Below, in pieces: positions 18,433 to 28,073 of a stretch of DNA of 64,000 nucleotides. Origin of the DNA: Deltaproteobacteria bacterium (GTDB lineage Bacteria > Desulfobacterota > Syntrophia > Syntrophales > JAFGHS01); the NCBI GenBank assembly GCA_016930075.1, contig JAFGHS010000050.1, positions 32,872 through 96,871 of the forward strand, written 5' to 3'. Position 1 is the first letter of the stretch. Each line of letters starts with the position of its first letter. Below the pieces are notes generated by a model. It was not told where the DNA came from, ran no database searches, and worked only from the letters and a program-made list of their open reading frames with translations. The position numbers and the translations under genes were made by a program.

Positions 18433-19803
18433 ATGCGCAGAAAAGTGCAGTGCATCCATTTTGTGGGCATCGGCGGCATCGGTATGAGCGGCATTGCGGA
18501 GGTCCTCCTTAATCTGGGATATGCCGTCAGCGGGTCCGATCTGGGACAGTCCGACATCACGCAGCGTTTGAGTGCCCTGGGCGCAAAAATCGCCGTCGGC
18601 CACGACGCAGGGAATCTCAGAGAGGTCGATGTGGTTGTCACTTCCACAGCGGTCAGGGCCGACAATCCGGAAGTCGTTGAAGCCCACCGCCGGATGATTC
18701 CCGTAATCCCCCGCGCCGAGATGCTGGCAGAGCTCCTCAAAATGAAATTTTCCATCGCCGTATCGGGCAGCCACGGCAAGACCACAACCACATCCATGGT
18801 GGCTACAGTTCTTGCGGACGGGGGGCTTGACCCGACCATGGTGATCGGCGGGAAACTGGGCAGCATCGGCAGCAATGCCAAGATGGGCGGCGGCTCCGTG
18901 ATTGTCGCGGAAGCCGACGAGAGCGACGGCTCCTTCCTGAAACTGAGTCCCTCCATTGCCGTCATTACCAACATAGACCGGGAACATCTCGACTACTATC
19001 GGGATATTGATGATATAAAAAGCGCCTTCCTCCAATTCGCCAACATCGTGCCTTTTTACGGCTCCACAATCATCTGCGCCGATGACGCCCATTGCCGGGA
19101 GATCATTCCTCTGGTGAAGCGCAAAGTGATTACCTACGGCCTTTCGCAGCCGGCGGATTACCAGGCCGCGGACATGACATTTGCCGGCTCGTCCTCCCGT
19201 TTTTCCGTCCGGCATGGAGGCGCCCTTCTGGGTGAAGTGGTCCTGAATGTTCCCGGTATATTTAATATTTCCAACGCCCTGGCTGCCGTTGCCGTCGCCC
19301 GTGAACTTGACATGGCGTTTGCCGTCATCTGCGACGGCCTTTCAAAGTTCGGCGGCGTCCAGCGGCGGTTGGAGGTGAAGGGCAAGACGGGCGGTGTGAC
19401 CGTTGTGGACGACTATGGCCATCATCCGACAGAAATCAAGGCGACGCTTGCCGCGGCCAGGCATGTATGGCATGACCGGGTCATCTGCGTCTTCCAGCCC
19501 CACCGCTATACAAGGACGAAGGCGCTGTATCAAGAATTTCTGTCGGCCTTTGCCGATGCGGATGTCCTGATCCTGACGGACATTTACCCTGCCAGCGAAG
19601 AACCCATTCCCGGCGTCGATTCCCTGAATTTATGCAGGGGAATCACCGAGGCGGGCCACAAAGACGCGACATATATGGCTGACGCTCGTGAGATCGTGGA
19701 AAAGCTGCGCGCCATAGCAAAACCTTCGGATTGCATCATTACCCTCGGTGCCGGAAACGTGTGGAAGATAGGGGAAGAGTATTTGAGAAAGGTTGGTGAG
19801 TAA
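18433..19803 (+). CDS. murC: UDP-N-acetylmuramate--L-alanine ligase MurC
   Basis: [18 protein letters not shown] and [11 protein letters not shown] motifs are present. The start is placed at ATG 18433 ([15 protein letters not shown]); the track ORF begins at GTG 18403. Confidence 0.9.
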   Translation: MRRKVQCIHFVGIGGIGMSGIAEVLLNLGYAVSGSDLGQSDITQRLSALGAKIAVGHDAGNLREVDVVVTSTAVRADNPEVVEAHRRMIPVIPRAEMLAELLKMKFSIAVSGSHGKTTTTSMVATVLADGGLDPTMVIGGKLGSIGSNAKMGGGSVIVAEADESDGSFLKLSPSIAVITNIDREHLDYYRDIDDIKSAFLQFANIVPFYGSTIICADDAHCREIIPLVKRKVITYGLSQPADYQAADMTFAGSSSRFSVRHGGALLGEVVLNVPGIFNISNALAAVAVARELDMAFAVICDGLSKFGGVQRRLEVKGKTGGVTVVDDYGHHPTEIKATLAAARHVWHDRVICVFQPHRYTRTKALYQEFLSAFADADVLILTDIYPASEEPIPGVDSLNLCRGITEAGHKDATYMADAREIVEKLRAIAKPSDCIITLGAGNVWKIGEEYLRKVGE

Positions 19804-19857
19804 AATGCGTGCATATTTGACCAAAGCTTTTAAACGGGGTTTAAAATTTGGAGACAA

Positions 19858-19910
19858 ATCGGGAAGCATGAGGACCGATTTTAAATCTGTCCCCATGCTT
19901 CCGAATCGGG
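19858..19910. repeat. Palindromic element family A, extended and degenerate copy in the murC-murB spacer
   Basis: ATCGGGAAGCATGAGGACCGATTTTAAATCTGTCCCCATGCTTCCGAATCGGG. The core GGACCGATTTTAAATCTGTCCCC is related to the GGGGACAGATTTSAAATCTGTCCCC consensus, and the flanks (GGGAAGCATG / CATGCTTCC) extend the hairpin. Confidence 0.6.
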
Positions 19911-20044
19911 CGTTGCCCTCGTACATTGAATCGATCGAACGCAGCGTCAGAATTGAGTGGTACCCCAATAAAACGTGGATTGGCCCCCTGCGCAGATCAT
20001 CATCTTTGCAGCGGTAGGGCATTCATGAACAGGAATATCGCAAC

Positions 20045-20965
20045 ATGACGAACAAGGCCCTGATCCGGGAAGTGGAAAAAGCAATTGCCTGTCCCGTTCT
20101 CTATGACGAGTCCATGAAGCAGCATACGTCCATGGGCGTCGGCGGCAAGGCGGATGTGTTTTTTTCCCCGACGGGCGCAGATGAACTTGCCAGGATTGTG
20201 ATGTTTTTAAAAGATCGCGACATACCGTTTGTCGCCGTCGGCAACGGAACAAACGTTATTGTGAAGGACGGCGGCTACCGGGGCGCCATTCTGTCGCTGA
20301 AGGGCCTTCGGAAAATGGGCCTTGAAAAAAGAGATGCAGAGCGTCATGCGGTTTTTGCCGAGGCCGGCGTCGGCCTGGCCGCCCTTGTTCAATATTGCGC
20401 CGAAGAAATGCTGACGGGCCTGGAATTTGCCGCCGGCATCCCGGGCAGCGTCGGCGGCGCCGTTAAAATGAATGCCGGCGCCTACGGCTGGGAAATGAAA
20501 GACGTCATCGAAAAGGTTTGCCTTTTGAATGACGCAGGCGGGATGCGCGACGTAGAAAGGGCTGCACTGAAATTTGAATACCGGAAACTCCATCTGAATA
20601 CGGATGAGATTATTGTCGGCGCGTCTTTTCTCCTTGAACGGGGCAACAGGGAAAGCATCCGGGCGGAGATCAGTCGCATTCTCGCTTTGCGGAAAGACAA
20701 ACATCCCCTGGATTACCGAAGCGCCGGTTCCATCTTCAAAAATCCGGCAAAGACGCCGGCAGGGAGGCTTATCGAAGAAGCGGGTCTGAAAGGCGTACGG
20801 TCGGGCGACGCCCAGGTATCGGAGAAGCACGGCAATTTCATCATCAACCTCGGTCAGGCAAAAGCCGCCGATGTGCTTGATCTGATGGCCGTCGTCAAGA
20901 AAAAGGTGTTTGAGAAAAAAGGGATTGTTCTGGAAGAAGAAGTTGTGATTCTGGGGGAAGATTAG
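20045..20965 (+). CDS. murB: UDP-N-acetylenolpyruvoylglucosamine reductase MurB
   Basis: 306 aa with an FAD-binding PCMH-type N-domain (GVGGKADVF, GNGTNV) and a MurB C-domain (SAGSIFKNP). Confidence 0.9.
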   Translation: MTNKALIREVEKAIACPVLYDESMKQHTSMGVGGKADVFFSPTGADELARIVMFLKDRDIPFVAVGNGTNVIVKDGGYRGAILSLKGLRKMGLEKRDAERHAVFAEAGVGLAALVQYCAEEMLTGLEFAAGIPGSVGGAVKMNAGAYGWEMKDVIEKVCLLNDAGGMRDVERAALKFEYRKLHLNTDEIIVGASFLLERGNRESIRAEISRILALRKDKHPLDYRSAGSIFKNPAKTPAGRLIEEAGLKGVRSGDAQVSEKHGNFIINLGQAKAADVLDLMAVVKKKVFEKKGIVLEEEVVILGED

Positions 20966-21826
20966 ATGGAAGGGTTGTTCAAACCAAAATTTTCGACAAG
21001 AAAATACCGGGCGAAAAGACGCCTGGGACAGACGTTTCTTGATATCCTGAAAGCCTTGTTTTTGATCTGCGCGGTTTTGGCGGTCGGCGCCGTAATGATC
21101 TATGCTTATAATTATACCATTACGAATCCGTATTTTCAGATCCGGGAGACGGTTGTCCGGGGCTGCAATGAATTGACGGAAAAGGATATTTTATCCCTGG
21201 CCGATACAGCGGTGCAGTCGCCTAACCTCCTTGCGATCAATGCGGAGGCTATTTCCCGGAAGGTCGGACAAAATCCCTGGATAAAAAAAGTCTATATCGG
21301 CAGGGAGCTGCCCAACAGGCTTGTAATCGAGGTCCGGGAGCGAAAGGCCGTTGCCGTCATCAGGATAGGCGACGAGTTGTACCTGCTCGACAGCGACGGC
21401 GTTGTCTTTAAAAAGAGAGAAAACGCCGACGCCGCCGATCTGCCCATCCTGACGGGGTTTTATCGTAATGGGGCGATAGATAAAAACCTTTTGCATCAGT
21501 CGCTTGAGTTGCTCCGGCATCTGGCTAAAACGACGGACTTCCCCATTCTCAGCGCCGTTTCCGAGGTTCACGGCGACGACGAATTCGGGTTTTCCCTTTA
21601 CACGAATACGGGTTTGTGTCTGCAACTGGGATTTGACTGTTATGAGAGCAAATTCAAGCGACTGGTCCCTGTGCTGGCCGATTTGGAGAAGAAAAATTTC
21701 CATGCGGCTTATTTGAAGATTGATCTTTCCGATCCGGTGAAGATTACCGTTAAAAGAAGCGGCATCCTGAGCCCCCGGGGACCGATCGAGCAACCTTCGG
21801 GCGCGAAAAACAGGGTTCGTGCTTGA
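20966..21826 (+). CDS. ftsQ: Cell division protein FtsQ
   Basis: 286 aa with an N-terminal TM helix and POTRA-like region (FQIRETVVRGCNELTEKDI). It starts immediately after the murB stop and precedes ftsA. Confidence 0.8.
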   Translation: MEGLFKPKFSTRKYRAKRRLGQTFLDILKALFLICAVLAVGAVMIYAYNYTITNPYFQIRETVVRGCNELTEKDILSLADTAVQSPNLLAINAEAISRKVGQNPWIKKVYIGRELPNRLVIEVRERKAVAVIRIGDELYLLDSDGVVFKKRENADAADLPILTGFYRNGAIDKNLLHQSLELLRHLAKTTDFPILSAVSEVHGDDEFGFSLYTNTGLCLQLGFDCYESKFKRLVPVLADLEKKNFHAAYLKIDLSDPVKITVKRSGILSPRGPIEQPSGAKNRVRA

Positions 21827-21885
21827 GATGATGATATAAAAGCTGACACCAGCCGTGAAGACGGCAAGGAAAGGCGGATGGAACA

Positions 21886-23115
21886 ATGGCCAAAAAAAGG
21901 AGCATGATTGTCGGATTGGATATCGGGACAACAAAGACGTGCGCCATCATCGGTGAAATCACCGAGACGGGCATCGACATTGTCGGTCTGGGTACGAATG
22001 CCTCCGAGGGGATCCGGAAAGGCGTGGTCGTCAATATCGACAGCACCGTAGAGTCTATAAAGGGAGCCATCGATGAGGCGGAGCATATGTCCGGATGTGA
22101 AATCGCCTCGGTTTATGCCGGCATTGCGGGCGGTCATATTAAGGGGCAAAACAGCCTCGGCATTGTGGCCGTAAAGGGACGTGAAGTCGATGCTGAAGAT
22201 GTGGACAGGGCGATTGAGGCGTCGACGGCCATTGCCATGCCGGCGGACCGGGAAATCCTGCATACCCTGCCGCAGTATTACGTTGTCGATGAACAGGACG
22301 GCGTGAAAGATCCGGTGGGCATGTCGGGTGTGAGGCTGGAGGCGAAGGTCCACATTGTCACCGGCGCCGCTGCCGCGATACAGAACATTATGAAATCCGT
22401 CAACCGTGTCGGCCTCGATTTGAACGGCATCGTCCTGGAACAACTGGCCGCGGGCGAGGCGGTTCTCAGCGCCGATGAAAAAGATCTCGGCGTCGTGCTG
22501 ATCGATATCGGCGGCGGGACGACGGATATTGCCGTATTTTCCGAAGGCAGCATCAAATACACGGCCATCCTGCCCGTGGGAGGCAACTACGTAACAAGCG
22601 ATATTGCGGCGGGCTTAAGGACGCCCATTGCCGATGCGGAAAAGATCAAAATCAAATACGGCTGCGCTTTTTCGTCTCTGATCCAGAAGGATGAGGTGAT
22701 TGAGGTTCCCAGCGTGGGAGGCCGGGAGCCGCGGGAGGTTTCCCGCCAGATATTGGGCCGGGTCATCGAGGCCCGGATGGATGAAATCCTCAATCTGGCC
22801 TACAAGGAAGTTTTGAAATCCGGCCTGGAAGAGCGTCTGGCTGCTGGCGTGGTCTTGACGGGCGGGACGGCCATTCTGGACGGCATTACGGAACTGGCGG
22901 AGCAGATTTATAATATGCCGGTCAGGCGCGGAACGCCGAAAGGCGTCGGGGGACTGACGGACATCATCAACAGCCCTTTGTATGCCACAGCGGTGGGACT
23001 GGTGATTTACGGAGGCAAAAATTTGCCCAAGGGGGCGTTAAAAAGAACAGATAAAGGCGGCTTTGGCGGGAATATTTTTCAACGGATGAAGGATTGGATC
23101 TTAGAGAATTTTTAA
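21886..23115 (+). CDS. ftsA: Cell division protein FtsA
   Basis: 409 aa actin-like ATPase (VGLDIGTTK, DIGGGTTD, VLTGGTA). Confidence 0.95.
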   Translation: MAKKRSMIVGLDIGTTKTCAIIGEITETGIDIVGLGTNASEGIRKGVVVNIDSTVESIKGAIDEAEHMSGCEIASVYAGIAGGHIKGQNSLGIVAVKGREVDAEDVDRAIEASTAIAMPADREILHTLPQYYVVDEQDGVKDPVGMSGVRLEAKVHIVTGAAAAIQNIMKSVNRVGLDLNGIVLEQLAAGEAVLSADEKDLGVVLIDIGGGTTDIAVFSEGSIKYTAILPVGGNYVTSDIAAGLRTPIADAEKIKIKYGCAFSSLIQKDEVIEVPSVGGREPREVSRQILGRVIEARMDEILNLAYKEVLKSGLEERLAAGVVLTGGTAILDGITELAEQIYNMPVRRGTPKGVGGLTDIINSPLYATAVGLVIYGGKNLPKGALKRTDKGGFGGNIFQRMKDWILENF

Positions 23116-23127
23116 AGGGGAGGGGAA

Positions 23128-24261
23128 ATGATGTTTGAATTATCTGATTCAGGTTCGACAAGCGCGGCGAAAATCAAGGTGGTCGGTATCGGCGGCGGGG
23201 GAGGAAACGCCGTCAACACCATGATCTCTTACAGCCTCATGGGGGTCGATTTTATGTCGGCCAACACGGATGCCCAGGCTCTTGGCGCATCCAAATCACC
23301 GATCAAGATTCAGCTCGGCCACGGCCTTGGCGCCGGTTCGGACCCGGAGATCGGCAAGTGTGCGGCTGAGGAGGCGAGAGACAGAATCCGGGAAAACATC
23401 GGCGATGCGGATATGGTTTTTATCACCGCCGGTCTGGGCGGCGGCACAGGGACCGGCGGAGCGCCCATCGTGGCGGAAGTGGCCAAAGAACTGGGCGCTC
23501 TCACCGTGGCCATCGTCACGAAGCCTTTTCAGTTTGAAGGCAAGAAGAGGAGCCGGCAGGCGGAAGAGGGCGTTATCGAATTGCGGAAGATCGTCGATAC
23601 CCTCATCGTTATTCCCAATCAGAGGCTTCTCAGTCTGGGCGGCAGAAATCTGTCCCTCATCGACGCCTTCAAGAAGGCCGACGATATTCTGTACCACGCC
23701 GTCAAGGGAATATCTGATCTGATTACCGTGCCGGGCCTCATCAATCTCGACTTTGCCGACGTCAAGAACATCATGTCCGAGATGGGGCTTGCCCTGATGG
23801 GGACGGGTATTGCGTCCGGCGAGAACCGGGCCGTGGAAGCGGCGCAGAAGGCCATTTCGTCTCCCCTCCTGGAGGACAACACTATTCAGGGCGCCCACGG
23901 CATTCTCCTTAACATCACGGGCGGGCCGGACATGTCGCTCTTTGAGGTGAACGAGGCATCGACCCTCATTCAGGCGGAGGCCCATGAAGACGCCAACATC
24001 ATCTTCGGCACCGTCATCGACGAGAAGATGGGTGATGAAATCCGCATTACCGTTATCGCCACGGGGTTCGAAGAGGTGGGCAAAAAACGCCTTCCCGGCG
24101 TGACGCACATTAACGCTTACAGAAGAGACGACATGTCGATCCCCGCATTTATGAGGAACGACAAGAAGTCGGCTGATAATATCCATATCAAGCCGGGCGC
24201 CGTTGACGACGACGATCCCGATCTGGAGATTCCGACATTCCTTCGGAGGCAGGCGGATTAG
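23128..24261 (+). CDS. ftsZ: Cell division GTPase FtsZ
   Basis: Carries the tubulin signature GGGTGTG and the [11 protein letters not shown] and NLDFADV motifs. The conserved C-terminal peptide is [13 protein letters not shown]. Confidence 0.97.
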   Translation: MMFELSDSGSTSAAKIKVVGIGGGGGNAVNTMISYSLMGVDFMSANTDAQALGASKSPIKIQLGHGLGAGSDPEIGKCAAEEARDRIRENIGDADMVFITAGLGGGTGTGGAPIVAEVAKELGALTVAIVTKPFQFEGKKRSRQAEEGVIELRKIVDTLIVIPNQRLLSLGGRNLSLIDAFKKADDILYHAVKGISDLITVPGLINLDFADVKNIMSEMGLALMGTGIASGENRAVEAAQKAISSPLLEDNTIQGAHGILLNITGGPDMSLFEVNEASTLIQAEAHEDANIIFGTVIDEKMGDEIRITVIATGFEEVGKKRLPGVTHINAYRRDDMSIPAFMRNDKKSADNIHIKPGAVDDDDPDLEIPTFLRRQAD

Positions 24262-24308
24262 AAGCGAAGCAGGATTTGGAATGACCGGATGTTTGGAAAT
24301 GACGTGAT

Positions 24309-26009
24309 ATGGCCTGGTCCCTGAGAAGGAAATACCTCGATCTTTTAGACCGTGAGGAAGGATGGGTAAAAAAGATCTGGGGAGATCATATGACGATTTG
24401 CCTGGCCTATCCGAATCACTACCGGGCCGGGATGTCCAACCTGGGATTTCAGACAATTTATCGAATCATCAACAATCATCCTTCCTTTCTTTGTGAAAGA
24501 GTTTTCCTCCCCGACCCCGAGGATGAAGAGAGCTTCTCCTCGGGGTCACTCCCCCTTTTCAGCCTGGAGTCGCAAAAACCTCTCCGGGAATTCGATGTGG
24601 TTGCCTTCTCTATTCCCTTTGAAAATGATTATCCCAACATCTTAAAGATGCTCGACATGGCCGGCATTCCCCTGACGGCGGCGGATCGGACCGACGCGGA
24701 CCCCCTGATCGTCGGCGGCGGGTTTTCGGCCTCCCTCAATCCCGAACCGCTTGCGGATTTTTTTGATCTCTTTTTACTGGGCGAAGGGGAAGACCTGGCG
24801 CCGGAATATCTGGAAGCCGTGAAAAGTGCGCGCACCGGCGGTCTTACAAAGCGGGAAACCCTTTATCGGATTCAAAGGCATGTAAAGGGGGCCTATTGCC
24901 CGCAATACTATAAAGTCGAATACACACAGGACGGTCTTATCGAAAGCTTCAAACCCCTCGATCCGACCTTTCCTGAAAAAATAAAAAGGAGAAAGATGAC
25001 GGGGATCGATCATTTCACGACCGATCAATGCCTGACGACTCCGGATACGGAATTCGGCGGCATTTTTCTTACCGAGGTTAGCCGGGGCTGCGGGCGGGGA
25101 TGCCGCTTCTGCGCCGCCGGATTCGTGGGCCGTCCGCCACGTTTTCGTCATGGGGAAATCCTGGCATCCTCCATCCACAGGGGGCTTGCGGCAGGCCAAA
25201 AAATAGGGCTTCTGGGCACGGCGGTTTCCGATATGCCGGACCTTCCTCGTGTATGCCGTTCAATCATCTCACAGGGCGGCAAATTCAGCATCGGCTCTCT
25301 GAGACTCGACAGGATCAACAAGGAAACGGCAGCCCTGCTCGGGCAAGCCGTTGCGGAAACGGTCGCCCTTGCCCCCGAAGCGGGTTCGCAGCGCCTGCGC
25401 GACGTCATTCATAAAGGCATTACGGAGGAGCACATCTTTACCGCCGCCGATGCGCTTCTTGCCCAGGGAATCACGAACATCCGCCTTTATTTTATGGTGG
25501 GGCTGCCCTCGGAAACGGCGGAAGACGTCGAGGCGCTCATCGACCTTGTTCAAAAAATCAAAGGCCATGCCGTCAAATCGCCCGCCGGGAAGCGGACATT
25601 CCGGCTCATCACCGTCAGCGTCAACCAGTTCATTCCCAAGGCGGCCACGCCTTTCCAGTGGTGCCCCCTTGAGGATGTCAATGCGGTGCGGAAGAAAATG
25701 AGACGCATCGTAAGCGCCCTCCGGCGCGAAAAGGCCGTCAAGGTGATCCACGACATTCCGAAGTGGAACTATATTCAGGCCCTTCTTTCCCTGGGCGACA
25801 GGCGCGTTGGAAAGATTCTCCTGGCGGCTCACCGGCATGGAGGCAACTGGTCCCAGGCCATGAAAGCGGCTGATGAAGATCCCGACTTTTATGTTTATCG
25901 CCGGAAGGACTTAAGCGAAATTCTGCCCTGGGATTTCATCGATTACGGGGTGACAAAATCATTTCTGATGAAAGAATATGAAAAAGCCTCACAGGGGGCG
26001 ATTACATAG
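24309..26009 (+). CDS. Radical SAM protein with an N-terminal B12-binding-like domain (resembles the uncharacterised TIGR03960-type family)
   Basis: 566 aa. Contains the CxxxCxxC cluster motif SRGCGRGCRFCAAG after a ~230-aa Rossmann-like N-domain. Confidence 0.7.
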   Translation: MAWSLRRKYLDLLDREEGWVKKIWGDHMTICLAYPNHYRAGMSNLGFQTIYRIINNHPSFLCERVFLPDPEDEESFSSGSLPLFSLESQKPLREFDVVAFSIPFENDYPNILKMLDMAGIPLTAADRTDADPLIVGGGFSASLNPEPLADFFDLFLLGEGEDLAPEYLEAVKSARTGGLTKRETLYRIQRHVKGAYCPQYYKVEYTQDGLIESFKPLDPTFPEKIKRRKMTGIDHFTTDQCLTTPDTEFGGIFLTEVSRGCGRGCRFCAAGFVGRPPRFRHGEILASSIHRGLAAGQKIGLLGTAVSDMPDLPRVCRSIISQGGKFSIGSLRLDRINKETAALLGQAVAETVALAPEAGSQRLRDVIHKGITEEHIFTAADALLAQGITNIRLYFMVGLPSETAEDVEALIDLVQKIKGHAVKSPAGKRTFRLITVSVNQFIPKAATPFQWCPLEDVNAVRKKMRRIVSALRREKAVKVIHDIPKWNYIQALLSLGDRRVGKILLAAHRHGGNWSQAMKAADEDPDFYVYRRKDLSEILPWDFIDYGVTKSFLMKEYEKASQGAIT

Positions 26010-26069
26010 AATTGGGTCCCTGTTTTCTTTTTGCTTTTGCTTTGTTCCAATAAATCTTCAATAATTATT

Positions 26070-26098
26070 TTGACACAGAAGTCTGCATTTTTTATACT
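26070..26098 (+). promoter_or_regulatory. Near-consensus sigma70-type promoter upstream of the TAXI binding-protein gene
   Basis: TTGACA (26070-26075), a 17-nt spacer, then TATACT (26093-26098). This leaves a ~155-nt leader before ATG 26259. Confidence 0.5.
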
Positions 26099-26258
26099 GC
26101 TGTCGTCAAAAGGCGGCGCCTTCATAAATCCGCCTTGCAGGCGCGGGCGTGCGCCGGACTTATCATGAATCAGACCAGTCCCTCTGTCCTATCCGGAAAA
26201 AGATGAAAAGATAGTTTGAGATACATAAAAATATCAAGGAGTTAAGGGAGACTTATCA

Positions 26259-27218
26259 ATGAAAAGGTATTTTATCTTGGTATGGGCATTAAGTTTGATC
26301 GTCGGAATCTCTATGGCATGGGGACAGAATAAAGTTCGGTTATCGATTGCAACGGGCGGTACAGGAGGGGTTTATTATCCTTACGGCGGCGCCATAGCGA
26401 AAGTCGTTTCAACCTATGTTCCAGGCGTTGAAGCAACGGCTGAAGCAACGGCGGCCGCTGTAGATAATCTCAAACTCATAGGCGCAGGCAAAGCGGATCT
26501 CGGGTTTGCTTATCCTGATCTTTCTTGCGATGCCCTGGAGGGAAAGGGCGTATTCAAGAGCAAGCTGCCGATCAGAATGGTCGCCCAGCTTTATATGAGT
26601 TACAGCCATCTGGTTACCCTCTCAGACAGCCATATAAAGTCCGTAGCCGATCTAAAGGGCAAAAAAGTCTCAACGGGGTCGCCAAACAGCGGGACGGAGG
26701 TGGTGGCTTTTCGTGTCCTCGAGGCTCATGGGATAAATTCCGATAAAGATATAATCAGGTCCCGCCTGAGCGTTGTTGAATCGGCTGATGCCCTGAAGGA
26801 CGGAAAGATCGACGCCTTTTTCTGGACGGGGGGTCTTCCGACAGAAGCCATACGGGATCTTGCAGCCGTACCCAACATTTCCATAAAACTTGTTCCTACA
26901 GATACGGCCCTTCCAATGATCTTTAAAAAATATGGCGAGGTCTATGTGAAGGCGTCGATTCCGAAGACTGCATATTCCCGAATGGGGGGCGACATCGGCG
27001 TTGCAGGCATTCCAAGCGTCCTTATATGTAACAAAAATGCCGATCCTGATCTTGTCTATCAAATCCTGAAGGCCATGTTTGATCATAAGGCAGATCTTGT
27101 TGCCGTCCATTCCCAGGCCAAGGAGCTTACCGTCCGGGGCGCGGTCATTAAAACGGCGGTTCCCTACCATCCCGGAGCAGTAAAATATTTCAAGGAAAAA
27201 GGGATCAAGATACCATAA
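26259..27218 (+). CDS. TAXI-family TRAP transporter solute-binding protein
   Basis: 319 aa with a signal peptide, then IATGGTGGVYYPYGGAIAKV and FFWTGGLPT motifs typical of TAXI receptors. Confidence 0.85.
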   Translation: MKRYFILVWALSLIVGISMAWGQNKVRLSIATGGTGGVYYPYGGAIAKVVSTYVPGVEATAEATAAAVDNLKLIGAGKADLGFAYPDLSCDALEGKGVFKSKLPIRMVAQLYMSYSHLVTLSDSHIKSVADLKGKKVSTGSPNSGTEVVAFRVLEAHGINSDKDIIRSRLSVVESADALKDGKIDAFFWTGGLPTEAIRDLAAVPNISIKLVPTDTALPMIFKKYGEVYVKASIPKTAYSRMGGDIGVAGIPSVLICNKNADPDLVYQILKAMFDHKADLVAVHSQAKELTVRGAVIKTAVPYHPGAVKYFKEKGIKIP

Positions 27219-27236
27219 GACGTTGACGAATTTGCT

Positions 27237-27731
27237 GTGATGAAAACGGTCCGGATCGGAATTTTACTGATAGTGATGTCGCTCCTCATACCGGCAATCG
27301 TCATTGCTGAGGAGGCCAAAACATGCCTTGTGATCCTGGATGGCGATTCGGACTGCATACTGATTCTTATTCCTCTTGAGGCAGACGTTCCGTTTCATTT
27401 CGATTTCATCAATTCCATATACCTTGCCCCCGTACGGGAAACATTCAAATATACGGAAACCGAAGGGATCGTCCTTGTTAAAGTTGAGAGCGCATCAGCG
27501 GGCGTTTTTGAATACTACGGACTGCCGACGGATGGGACAAATGCAGCTTCCCTCAATCGTGTTATCGGCGACATCAGGTTAAGGAGCTTTAACTATGAGA
27601 ATCACCGGCTGACTGCCGGAGGTGAAAGTGTCCGGTTTCGGGATTTTGCCTCGGACGGACACCCCCTGATCATCATGGTACGACACGGCAATGGTTGCAA
27701 ACCGGGAGGGGCGGGAGGGGGACTCCCTTAG
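27237..27731 (+). CDS. DUF1850 domain protein (TAXI-TRAP accessory)
   Basis: 164 aa with an N-terminal TM/signal segment. FHFDFINSIYLAPVRETF ... ESASAGV matches my recollection of the DUF1850 pattern, and the gene follows a TAXI gene as usual. Confidence 0.65.
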   Translation: MMKTVRIGILLIVMSLLIPAIVIAEEAKTCLVILDGDSDCILILIPLEADVPFHFDFINSIYLAPVRETFKYTETEGIVLVKVESASAGVFEYYGLPTDGTNAASLNRVIGDIRLRSFNYENHRLTAGGESVRFRDFASDGHPLIIMVRHGNGCKPGGAGGGLP

Positions 27732-27856
27732 AATTTCAAGTTATTGCTGCGACAGCAGCCAGTCGTTTTCTTACAGGCCAAGCGTTTCATTTCTGTTAAT
27801 GCTGAGCGGGTATATGTCCTGGGGCTGTCAGTCAATAATGGATTTCTAATATTTCC

Positions 27857-27890
27857 GGATAACATGGCACTTTGCGCCTCGCAATGACAG
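27857..27890. repeat. Dispersed repeat family B (GTCATTGCGAG... unit), single copy in reverse orientation
   Basis: The reverse complement reads CTGTCATTGCGAGGCGCAAAGTGCCATGTTATCC. It shares the TGTCATTGCGAG head with the pair at 36694-36777. Confidence 0.55.
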
Positions 27891-28073
27891 AATAACATGC
27901 ATTCAAGGCTCTCAGATAGATCGGAATTGCACAATAAAAGGCTTTTTTAAAGATAATCCGGGATTTGGACTTAGGGTTCGGATGCGGTTGGGAAAAAACA
28001 ATAAAAAAGGGCAGCCTCCGAATCGACCGCCCTTTTTCGCTGGATATTCATGGTTAAGACGGGATAGGGATTG

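Noticed and set aside
18292-19215. 307-aa and 199-aa minus-strand ORFs opposite murC
   Set aside because: They are antisense to a well-supported murC and have no recognisable domains. The 5' part is repeat family E sequence.
21191-22443. 247-aa and 244-aa minus-strand ORFs opposite ftsQ and ftsA
   Set aside because: These are shadow ORFs of strongly supported division genes and carry no motifs.
23296-24456. 386-aa minus-strand ORF opposite ftsZ
   Set aside because: This is the longest shadow ORF in the window. ftsZ on the plus strand carries the tubulin signature and the conserved C-terminal peptide, while the antisense product has none.
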